A stretch of DNA of 64,000 nt, taken from positions 743 to 64,742 of the forward strand of contig DASZDK010000023.1 of the NCBI GenBank assembly GCA_035942035.1, given 5' to 3'. Position 1 is the first letter of the stretch, and each line of letters begins with the position of its first letter. This document shows positions 35,658-43,380 of this stretch, in pieces. The notes under the pieces are model-generated. The model was not told the origin of the DNA. It made no database searches and worked only from the letters and a program-made list of their open reading frames with translations. The translations under genes were made by a program, and so were the position numbers. This DNA is from Acidimicrobiales bacterium (GTDB taxonomy: Bacteria; Actinomycetota; Acidimicrobiia; Acidimicrobiales; CADCSY01).

Positions 35658-36491
35658 GTGCCCGAGTTGCCGGAGATGCAGGCGCTGGCCGAGCGGCTCC
35701 ACGCCGCGGTGGCCGGTGGTCAGCTCCAGGGGCTGCAGCCGCTGTCGTTCTCGGCGCTCAAGACGGTCGTGCCCGACCCGGCGTCGCTGGTTGGTCGCAC
35801 CGTGGAGGAGGTCGGTCGTCGGGGCAAGTACCTGGTGTGCTCGCTCGGTGGTCCCCGGATCCTGATCCATCTGTCCCAGGGCGGACGGGTCGACCTGGAG
35901 GACCCGCCCAAGACCACCCGGCCCCGCAACGGAGTGCTGCGGGTGAGCGTCGCCGGCCGGCCGTCGGTCCTGGTCAAGGAGTTCGGCACCGAGCGCAAAG
36001 CCGCCTGGTGGGTGCTGGCCGAGGGCGACGACGGCCCGCTGGCCCGGCTCGGCCCCGAGGTGGGCAGCCCCGCCTTCGCCGAGCTGGTCCGCACCGGCGA
36101 CGACACCCGCCGGGTGCACACCATCCTGCGCGACCAGCGCACGGTGGCAGGCACGGGGCGGGGCTACACCGACGACGCCCTGCACCGGGCCGGGCTGTCG
36201 CCCTACGCCACGCTGGCATCGCTCGACGCCGAGCAGCGCCGGCGCCTGGTGGGCGCCGTGGAGGAGGTCCTGGTCGAGGGGCTGCAGGCCGAGCGGCGGC
36301 GGCACGGCGGGCTGCCGGCCAAGGTGGGCGACCACTGGGTCGTCCACGGGCGGGCGGGCCAACCGTGCCCCGCCTGTGGCGACACCCTGCGCCGGGTCTC
36401 CTACGAGAGCTACGAGGTCACCTACTGCCCCGCCTGCCAGACCGGAGGCCGGGTCCTGGCCGACCGCCGCCTGTCCCGGCTCTTGAAATGA
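35658..36491 (+). CDS. Fpg/Nei family DNA glycosylase/AP lyase
   Basis: N-terminal (M)PELPEM catalytic Pro-Glu, the H2TH region …RDQRTVAGTGRGYTDDALHRAGL…, and a C-terminal zinc finger CPACG…CPACQ. Confidence 0.85.
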   Translation: MPELPEMQALAERLHAAVAGGQLQGLQPLSFSALKTVVPDPASLVGRTVEEVGRRGKYLVCSLGGPRILIHLSQGGRVDLEDPPKTTRPRNGVLRVSVAGRPSVLVKEFGTERKAAWWVLAEGDDGPLARLGPEVGSPAFAELVRTGDDTRRVHTILRDQRTVAGTGRGYTDDALHRAGLSPYATLASLDAEQRRRLVGAVEEVLVEGLQAERRRHGGLPAKVGDHWVVHGRAGQPCPACGDTLRRVSYESYEVTYCPACQTGGRVLADRRLSRLLK

Positions 36492-36492
36492 G

Positions 36493-37059
36493 GTGGTGAT
36501 GGACGACGCCCCCGTCGCCGGCCGGCTCCTCGTCGCCCTGCCGGTGCTGGCCGACCCCAACTTCGCCCGCACGGTGGTGCTGGTGCTCGCCCACGACGAG
36601 GACGAGGGCGCGCTCGGCGTGATCCTCAACCGGCCCAGCCACACGTCGGTGGACGAACCCCTGCCCCAGTGGGGACCGCTGGCGGCCGACCCGGCGGTCG
36701 TGTTCGTGGGCGGCCCGGTGGGCGACAGCGCCGCCATCGGCCTGGCGCGCAGCGACACCGCCGGGCCCACCGAGGGGTGGTCGCCCATCCTCGGCCATCT
36801 GGGCACGTTCGACCTGGCCACCGGCCCCGACCGGGTGGCGGCCGGCATCGAGACGGTGCGGGTGTTCTCTGGCTACGCCGGCTGGGGCCCGGGCCAGCTC
36901 GAGGCCGAGATCGACGAGGGGGCGTGGCTGGTCGTCGACGGTGCCCCCGACGACGTGCTGTGTGCCCACCCCGAGAATCTGTGGCGCCTGGTCCTGCGCC
37001 GCCAGGGCGGCCGGATCGCCTGGTTGGCCAACGTGCCCGTCAACCTCCGGGACAACTGA
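36493..37059 (+). CDS. YqgE/AlgH family protein (UPF0301)
   Basis: …LLVALPVLADPNFARTVVLVLAHDEDEGALGVILNRP…VFVGGPV…SGYAGWGPGQLEAEI…GAWL…. Confidence 0.85.
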   Translation: MVMDDAPVAGRLLVALPVLADPNFARTVVLVLAHDEDEGALGVILNRPSHTSVDEPLPQWGPLAADPAVVFVGGPVGDSAAIGLARSDTAGPTEGWSPILGHLGTFDLATGPDRVAAGIETVRVFSGYAGWGPGQLEAEIDEGAWLVVDGAPDDVLCAHPENLWRLVLRRQGGRIAWLANVPVNLRDN

Positions 37060-37066
37060 GCGAGTC

Positions 37067-38152
37067 GTGGAGCTCCCCGTCGTGCCGCCGGTCGCCCCCA
37101 TGCTGGCCAAGCTGGTCCGGGAGCTGCCGACCGCCGCCGGCATGCGCTACGAGCCCAAGTGGGACGGCTTCCGCTGCATCGTGTTCCGCGACGGCGACGA
37201 GGTCGAGCTGGCCAGCCGCAACGAGCGCCCCCTGACCCGCTACTTCCCCGAGCTGCCGGCGCCGCTGCGCGCCGCTCTGCCCGAGCGGGCGGTGGTCGAC
37301 GGCGAGATCGTGATCGCCGGCGTCAAGGGGCTCGACTTCGACGCCCTGCTCCAGCGCATCCATCCCGCCGTCTCCCGCATCAACAGCCTGGCCGAGCAGA
37401 CCCCGGCGTCGTTCGTGGCCTTCGACGTGCTCGCCGTGGGTGACGACGACCTGCGGGGGCGGCCGTTCTCCGAACGCCGGTCGGTGCTGGAGGAGGCGGT
37501 GGGCGCCGGTCCCCCACCGGTGCACCTGACCCCGCTGACCACCGACGTCCAGGTGGCCCGCGACTGGTTCACCCGCTTCGAGGGCGCCGGGCTCGACGGC
37601 GTCATCGCCAAGCCAGCCGACCTCGCCTACGTCGAGGGCAAGCGGGTGATGCTCAAGGTCAAGCACGAGCGCACCGCCGACTGCGTGGTCGCCGGCTTCC
37701 GCTGGCACAAGGACGGCGACGGTGTGGGCTCGCTGCTGCTGGGGCTCTACGACGAAGCCGGCACCCTGCACCACGTGGGGGTGGCCACCTCCTTCACCGC
37801 CGCCCGGCGCCGGGCGCTGGTCGACGAGGTGGCCCCGCTGCGCGAGGCCGCGCTCGACGGGCACCCGTGGCGGAGCTGGGCCGAGGCTGAGTCCGAGCGC
37901 TCAGGCGGCGGCGAGGGCGGGCAGCGGATGCCCGGCGGGACGTCCCGGTGGAACGCCGGCAAGAACGCCGCCTGGGAGCCCCTGCGCCCGGAGCGGGTGG
38001 CCGAGGTGTCCTACGACAACCTCCAGGGCGACCGCTTCCGCCACGCCACCCACCTGGTCCGCTGGCGGCCCGACCGCGAGCCGTCCTCGTGCACCTACGC
38101 ACAGCTCGACCGGCCCGTCCCCGAGGAGCTGGCCCGGGCCCTGGGCGCCTGA
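37067..38152 (+). CDS. ligC: ATP-dependent DNA ligase, LigC-like (ligase-only)
   Basis: Adenylation motif I: MRYEPKWDGFRCIVF. Then …FVAFDVL…, …DGVIAKP…YVEGKR…MLKVKH…, and an OB domain (…LLLGLYDE…). GTG start at 37067. Confidence 0.85.
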   Translation: MELPVVPPVAPMLAKLVRELPTAAGMRYEPKWDGFRCIVFRDGDEVELASRNERPLTRYFPELPAPLRAALPERAVVDGEIVIAGVKGLDFDALLQRIHPAVSRINSLAEQTPASFVAFDVLAVGDDDLRGRPFSERRSVLEEAVGAGPPPVHLTPLTTDVQVARDWFTRFEGAGLDGVIAKPADLAYVEGKRVMLKVKHERTADCVVAGFRWHKDGDGVGSLLLGLYDEAGTLHHVGVATSFTAARRRALVDEVAPLREAALDGHPWRSWAEAESERSGGGEGGQRMPGGTSRWNAGKNAAWEPLRPERVAEVSYDNLQGDRFRHATHLVRWRPDREPSSCTYAQLDRPVPEELARALGA

Positions 38153-38160
38153 GTGGGCCG

Positions 38161-39183
38161 TCAGCGCTTGCGTGCCCGGCTGGGCTGGACCCGCTTGGGC
38201 TCCCCCCGCTGCTTGGGGAAGTTCGGAGGCCACGGCGCGTCGCCCAGCCCCTGGGCCTCGTCCTCGGCGGCCAGGTCGAGCAGGGCGTCGAGGGAGTAGG
38301 CGACGTCATCGATGCCGGCGCCCAGGTCGCCCCGCTCGGCGTAGCGGGCCGGCACCGTGGCCAGGGTGAGCTCGGCCGGCTCCACGTTCGCCACCTCCTG
38401 CCACTCCAGGGGGCACGAGACCCGCCCCTCGGGGTTGGCTCGCACCGAGTAGGCCGAGGCCACCGTGCGGTCGCGGGCGTTCTGGTTGTAGTCGAGGAAC
38501 ACCTTGTCGCCGCGCTCCTCCTTCCACCACTTGGAGGTGGCCAGCTCGGGGAGGCGCCGCTCGACCTCCCGGGCCAGGGCCAGCGCCGCCCGCCGCACCT
38601 CGAGGAAGTCCCAGCGGGGCTCGATGCGCACGTTGACGTGGATGCCCCGGCCGCCCGACGTCTTGGGCCAGCCGACCAGGCCGCCGCGCTCGGCCAACAC
38701 CTCGCGCACCTCCAGGGCGACCCGGCGCACGGCGTCGAAGGGGCGTCCGGGCTGGGGGTCGAGGTCGACCCGCAGCTCGTCGGGATGGTCCAGGTCGCCT
38801 CGGCGCACGGCCCACGGGTTGAGGTCCAGGCAGCCAGCGTTGGCCGCCCAGGCCAGGTGGGCCACGTCGGTGGGGCACAGCTCCTCGGCCGTGCGCCCGC
38901 TGGGAAAGGCGACGGTCACCGTCTCCAGCCACTCGGGCCGCGACGCCGGGACCCGCTTCTGGTAGAAGAAGTCGCCCTCCGCGCCGTCGGGGTAGCGCTT
39001 GAGCACGGTCGGTCGCTCGTAGACGCCCCGCAGGGCGCCCTCGCCCACCGCCAGGTAGTAATGGACGAGGTCGAGCTTGGTCTCGCCCCGGACCGAGAAG
39101 AACACCTTGGACGGGTTGGTGACGGTCACCGCCCGGCCGTCGACCTCGACCTCGGCCGTCTCCTTGGCCATGACCGAGAGCAT
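38161..39183 (-). CDS. LigD-type primase-polymerase domain protein (Prim-PolC-like, stand-alone)
   Basis: …VTNPSKVFF…LDLVHYY…VLKRYPDG…FFYQKR…LDLNPW…DELRVDLDP…KTSGGRGIHVNVRI…FLDYNQNARDRT…AYSVR…, the archaeo-eukaryotic primase fold of NHEJ PolDom. Convergent with ligC, 8 nt apart. Confidence 0.85.
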   Translation of the reverse strand: MLSVMAKETAEVEVDGRAVTVTNPSKVFFSVRGETKLDLVHYYLAVGEGALRGVYERPTVLKRYPDGAEGDFFYQKRVPASRPEWLETVTVAFPSGRTAEELCPTDVAHLAWAANAGCLDLNPWAVRRGDLDHPDELRVDLDPQPGRPFDAVRRVALEVREVLAERGGLVGWPKTSGGRGIHVNVRIEPRWDFLEVRRAALALAREVERRLPELATSKWWKEERGDKVFLDYNQNARDRTVASAYSVRANPEGRVSCPLEWQEVANVEPAELTLATVPARYAERGDLGAGIDDVAYSLDALLDLAAEDEAQGLGDAPWPPNFPKQRGEPKRVQPSRARKR

Positions 39184-39217
39184 CCCACGCCGGCACCGCC
39201 GGCGGGCGCCCGGGGCC

Positions 39218-40240
39218 CTACGCCCCCTCGGCGACCTCGGGGCGGGCGCCGGCGCCGGCTCCCTCGAACGCCGCTGCCTTGACCCCTCGACGGGCGAGCT
39301 CGGCCAGGAACGGCACCGGCTGGGCCAGCTCGGCCAGGCCGGCGGCGCCCCGGCGGAGCAGGGTGTCCTCGCCCACCGCCACCGCCGTCACCGCCGCGAC
39401 CACGCCGGCGGCCACCGCCGGGCGGTCGATGGCGCCGAGGACGGCGACGTCACGAGCGGCGCCGCGACGGCCCCGCACCTCCACCCGCACCGCACCGACC
39501 TGGCCCTCGCGATGGGGAGGTCGCAGCATGGGCAGGTTGGCGGTGAGGCGATCACGGCGGTTGGCCCCCGTCCGGGCGGTGACGCGGGCCACGGCGGGGA
39601 ACGCCGGCACCAGCAGCAGGGCGTCGGGCGCTCCCGCCCGGTAACAGTCCTCGCCGCCCACCGGGTCGGGGAACCAGCACAGCTCGCGGCCCGAACCTGC
39701 CCGGCGCCGGACCCAGGCGCCGTCGCGCCAGTCGAGGGCCTCCCCCCGCAGTGCCCGGTGGTGCTGGCGGGCACAGGCCGGCCCGCCGGTGCCCACCTTG
39801 GCCACGTGCACCTCGTCGATCACGTCGAAGGTGGCGGCGGCGTGGAGGGCGAGCACGCAGCTGAGCCCGGGGGCGAAGCCGGCGCCCACCACCACGGTCC
39901 GGTCTCGGTCCCGGGCGTCGCCGTCGAGATCGAGCAGGCCGCGCACGTCGTCGACGTCGTCCGACAGCGACACCACCGAGGTGCCGGCCTCGATCAGCTG
40001 CTGGGCCAGCGGACGGTGCTCCCCCGAGACCAGGGCCAGCACGGCGACGTCGGCGCCGGCGCTCCAGCTGCCGGTCTCGCCGGCGGCCACGCGGCCGGGC
40101 TCGCCGACCATCGCCGCCACCCGGGCGGCCCGTTCGGCGTCGGCGTCGGCCACCACCACCCGCTCCACCTCGGGCGTCGAGGCGAGCTGGCGGACGGCCC
40201 GGGCACCCACCGCGCCCGCGCCCAGGACTGCGACCCGCAC
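39218..40240 (-). CDS. Saccharopine dehydrogenase-like NAD(P)-binding protein
   Basis: MRVAVLGAGAVGARAVRQL Rossmann start, 340 aa. …VVGAGFAPGLS… matches the pattern of this family. Confidence 0.75.
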   Translation of the reverse strand: MRVAVLGAGAVGARAVRQLASTPEVERVVVADADAERAARVAAMVGEPGRVAAGETGSWSAGADVAVLALVSGEHRPLAQQLIEAGTSVVSLSDDVDDVRGLLDLDGDARDRDRTVVVGAGFAPGLSCVLALHAAATFDVIDEVHVAKVGTGGPACARQHHRALRGEALDWRDGAWVRRRAGSGRELCWFPDPVGGEDCYRAGAPDALLLVPAFPAVARVTARTGANRRDRLTANLPMLRPPHREGQVGAVRVEVRGRRGAARDVAVLGAIDRPAVAAGVVAAVTAVAVGEDTLLRRGAAGLAELAQPVPFLAELARRGVKAAAFEGAGAGARPEVAEGA

Positions 40241-40243
40241 GGG

Positions 40244-40384
40244 CTAGCGGAAGTCGGGGCCGGAGAGCTCCCTCCACCCACCGCTCTGGGGAGGAACCCC
40301 TCCCGTGCCACGCAGGCGCAGCACGCCGGCGATCACACCGGTGACTCCGAGGGCAAGCAGGCAACGGCGCAAGAAGCTCATCAT
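40244..40384 (-). CDS. Possible small membrane protein (46 aa)
   Basis: MMSFLRRCLLALGVTGVIAGVLRL…, with its stop 3 nt before the start of the downstream dehydrogenase gene. Supported only by geometry and one hydrophobic helix. Confidence 0.3.
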   Translation of the reverse strand: MMSFLRRCLLALGVTGVIAGVLRLRGTGGVPPQSGGWRELSGPDFR

Positions 40385-40714
40385 GGTGGGCCGGCTGGAA
40401 TCGCACCAGCGATCTCTGCGGCTGCCGGGCGATGCCCGGTCCGACACAGCCCCTCGTCCACCACTCTCGTACCCCGGACGAGATCGGCCAACCTACCAGT
40501 TCACCTGGCCAGCCACGGCCGGCCTGCCGGCTGCCTCAGGAAGAGCAACGCCGGCGGGAGCCACCCGAGATCGAGCGCGCCGAGGAGGCCCAGGTCCGCT
40601 GCGAACACCAAGACGATCGCCGTGGCGAGGACCCACTGGCGGAGGCTCGGCCGCGGCTGCCGCCAACCGTCTCCCGCTCGTGCAAGGAGGAATCGCCGGG
40701 GGTACAGCAGTGCG

Positions 40715-41167
40715 ATGCCCGACAACGACCCCATGGACGTACCCGCCGTCCTGAAGCAGCTGCGCGCCGCTCTCCGCCTCCAGCAGCGCTCCGTGCTCCA
40801 GTACACGCTGGCCAGCGGCGGGATCGTGGGCCTCGCCTTCCAGGGGCTGGCCGACCGCATCTTCGGCTACGCCGCGGACGAGCTGCGCGACGCCCGCCTG
40901 CTGGTGGAGAAGATCGCCGGGTTGGGCGGCGAGCCCTCCACCGACGTCGCTCCACTGCGCTGGACGGCGGACGCCGACCAGGCGGTGGACTGGCTGATCG
41001 AGTCCGAACAGGAGACGATCGCCAGCCTGCACGCCGTCATCCCCGAGACCGGCGAAGAACCCCGCTCGGAGGCACTCGAACACCTGATGGAGCACATGAT
41101 CCTGCGCAAGCAGTCCCAGGTCGACTTCCTGCTGCGCGCCCTTCGCACGGCGGGCGAGCACCGGTGA
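40715..41167 (+). CDS. Ferritin-like domain protein
   Basis: 150 aa from the internal ATG of the 696 aa ORF. Helical-bundle pattern …YAADELRDARLLVEKIAGLGGEP…ESEQETIASL…EALEHLMEHMILRKQSQVDFL…. Confidence 0.65.
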   Translation: MPDNDPMDVPAVLKQLRAALRLQQRSVLQYTLASGGIVGLAFQGLADRIFGYAADELRDARLLVEKIAGLGGEPSTDVAPLRWTADADQAVDWLIESEQETIASLHAVIPETGEEPRSEALEHLMEHMILRKQSQVDFLLRALRTAGEHR

Positions 41168-41538
41168 ACCGCGATGCTTCACCAGCTCGAAGCCGATCCG
41201 ACGACTTGGAGCAACTGGTCGCCGAGGCCCGTAGGCGGGTCCAAGCTCCAGATGGCGAGATCGCTCGTGGACGGGTTCCGAGCACTGGATGCCAAACCGG
41301 CTGCCTTCGCCTTCACGCTCCGCCAGCTGGACGACGCTGGCCGGCGCCGGCTGTCCACCGTCGACACCGAGCTTCTCGGGGCCTCAGTTGACCCACTGAT
41401 GTGGGTGCGCCCGGAGGCAGTGATCGCCCACTGCGCTTGCTCTGGACCCATCCGGCCTCTCGGTGAGGTCCCCGACGCCTGGGCTCCGCTCATCGACGGG
41501 GCACGAAGAGCGCCGAGGGACGTGCGGGAGCGGCCGGA

Positions 41539-42060
41539 TCAGCCCCAGGCCGGCGCTGATCCTCCATGCTCGGCGCCGATGAGGTGCAGGCTCAGGCGCA
41601 CCTCGGGCTGGATGGACAGGGTCATGACCTTGAACGGCTTCACGCCGTGGTCGCGGATGTCCACGGTGTGCTCGGCGTCCACCAGCAGGCGTCCCCCGTC
41701 GATGCGGGCGTTGCAGGTCTCGGTGAACTCTCGTGTCTCGCCGTGGAAGGTGAACGCCCCGGTGACCTTGAACGATCCGTCGGTCCCCTCGACGCTGCGG
41801 ACCTCGTAGCGCACGGTCGGGTGGCGCTTGGCGTTGATCTGCTTGCGCAGGGCCATGTCCTCGAGCCGCTTGCCGGTCTCGAGCTGGGACACGTCCCCTT
41901 CGATCCACCCCGTGGTGCCCGGCCCGGCGACCAGCGCGCCGTCGACGACGTCGCAGGTGGCCTCGCCCCGCAGCGCTTTGATCTCCGCGGTGATCGGGTG
42001 CACGCTCGAGTCAGCGGCCACCTGCACGGCACTCTCGTTGGTCCACGTGAACGTCGCCAT
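41539..42060 (-). CDS. YceI-like domain protein
   Basis: 173 aa from the internal Met MATFTWTNES… of the 454 aa ORF. …KQINAKRHPTVRYEV…FKVTGAFTFHGETREF…DIRDHG… resembles YceI lipid/polyisoprenoid-binding proteins. Confidence 0.7.
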   Translation of the reverse strand: MATFTWTNESAVQVAADSSVHPITAEIKALRGEATCDVVDGALVAGPGTTGWIEGDVSQLETGKRLEDMALRKQINAKRHPTVRYEVRSVEGTDGSFKVTGAFTFHGETREFTETCNARIDGGRLLVDAEHTVDIRDHGVKPFKVMTLSIQPEVRLSLHLIGAEHGGSAPAWG

Positions 42061-42207
42061 GGTCTGACACCACCTCCTGTGGCGGCCCGGTGCCGCGTGC
42101 CCCGGACGGTAGGGCGCAGGCACTGGGGCCGCCAGTTGAAGACCGGCGCCGGCGATGAGTTCTAACGTCAGCCCCGTGGCGGGCTCACAGACCCAGGACG
42201 CGCCCCC

Positions 42208-43311
42208 ATGAGCCGCGTGCTCGGCGGCCTGCGATCCATGCGCCTGCGCTACCAGCGCGGACCGGTCTCCACCCGCGTCGCCATCCCCTTGGTGCTGCTG
42301 GCCTTCACTCTCGTCTACGGGACGGTGGGCTTCGTCGTACTGGAGGGCTTCGGCCTGATCGACGCCGTCTACATGACCGTGACCACGCTCACTACGGTGG
42401 GATTCGGCGAGATCCAGCCGTTGAGCCCGACCGGGCGCCTCTTCACCCTCTCCTTGATCATCGTGGGCGTCGTCGTCGTCTTCGACCTCTTCGCCATGTT
42501 CACCACCCTGGTGGCGAGCGGGCGCCTCAACCAGATCCTCGGCAGGAGAAGCATGGACCGCAGCATCAAGAACCTTCGGGACCACTACATCATCTGCGCC
42601 TTCGGCCGTGTCGGGCGGGCTGCGGCCACGGAGCTCACCGAACGGGGCGCAGCGGTGGTCATCGTGGAACCTCACGGTGAGCTCGAACCACTGCTCGCCG
42701 AGGCGGGGGTCTTCTACATCGTCGGCGACTCCACCGAGGAGGCCGTCCTCGAACAGGCCGGGATCCGGCACGCCAAGGGCCTCATCTGCGCCGTCGACTC
42801 CGACGCCGTCAACGTCTACATCGCCCTCACCGCCAGGGCGCTCAACCCCCAGCTGTTCATCATCGCGCGGGCGTCGAGCCCCGAGTCCGTCGACAAGCTC
42901 CACCGGGCGGGAAGTGACCGAGTGGTGTCGCCCTACGTCGTCAGTGGGGTCCGGATGGCGTCGATGGCCCTCAGTCCCGCGGTTCTGGAGTTCGCCGACA
43001 TGGTGAGCGTGGCGTCCGACCTCCGGGTGGAAGAGCTCGTGATCGGCGAGGGGTCCCGGCTGGAGGCCCGGACCATCAGCGACGTGTGCGCCCCCTACGA
43101 AGGGGTCATGGTGCTGGCGGTGCGCAAGCGGGCCGGCGAGCTGGTGATCCCGCCCCGAGCCGACACCGTGCTCCAGGAACAGGACCTTCTGATCGCCGTG
43201 GGGCCGGTGGCCGCGCTGTCAAAGCTGGCCGAGGAAGCCCTGCGAGGGGGCCCGACCACCGCTCGGCCCCCTGAGCCGAGGACTCAGTCCTCAGAGCGGC
43301 CGTCCACCTGA
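42208..43311 (+). CDS. Two-TM potassium channel with RCK (TrkA-N/TrkA-C) gating domains (MthK/Kch-like)
   Basis: Selectivity filter TLTTVGFGE. Rossmann IICAFGRVGRAAATEL. C-terminal TrkA-C part (…EELVIGEGSRLEARTI…). Confidence 0.85.
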   Translation: MSRVLGGLRSMRLRYQRGPVSTRVAIPLVLLAFTLVYGTVGFVVLEGFGLIDAVYMTVTTLTTVGFGEIQPLSPTGRLFTLSLIIVGVVVVFDLFAMFTTLVASGRLNQILGRRSMDRSIKNLRDHYIICAFGRVGRAAATELTERGAAVVIVEPHGELEPLLAEAGVFYIVGDSTEEAVLEQAGIRHAKGLICAVDSDAVNVYIALTARALNPQLFIIARASSPESVDKLHRAGSDRVVSPYVVSGVRMASMALSPAVLEFADMVSVASDLRVEELVIGEGSRLEARTISDVCAPYEGVMVLAVRKRAGELVIPPRADTVLQEQDLLIAVGPVAALSKLAEEALRGGPTTARPPEPRTQSSERPST

Positions 43312-43330
43312 GTCGACAACCGTCTCCGCC

Positions 43331-43361
43331 GCCGGACGACCGATCGTTCCGGCCGTCCGGC
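43331..43361. terminator. Inverted repeat between convergent genes (possible bidirectional terminator)
   Basis: GCCGGACG…CGTCCGGC, an 8 bp stem around a CGATCG-centred loop, lying in the 69 nt gap between the stops at 43311 (+) and 43381 (-). Confidence 0.3.
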
Positions 43362-43380
43362 AACGGGAGCGTGTTTGGCG

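Noticed and set aside
41539-42903. A 454 aa minus-strand ORF.
   Set aside because: Only the last 173 aa (YceI-like, from Met at 42060) look real. The upstream part is antisense to the well-supported K+ channel gene (42208..43311).
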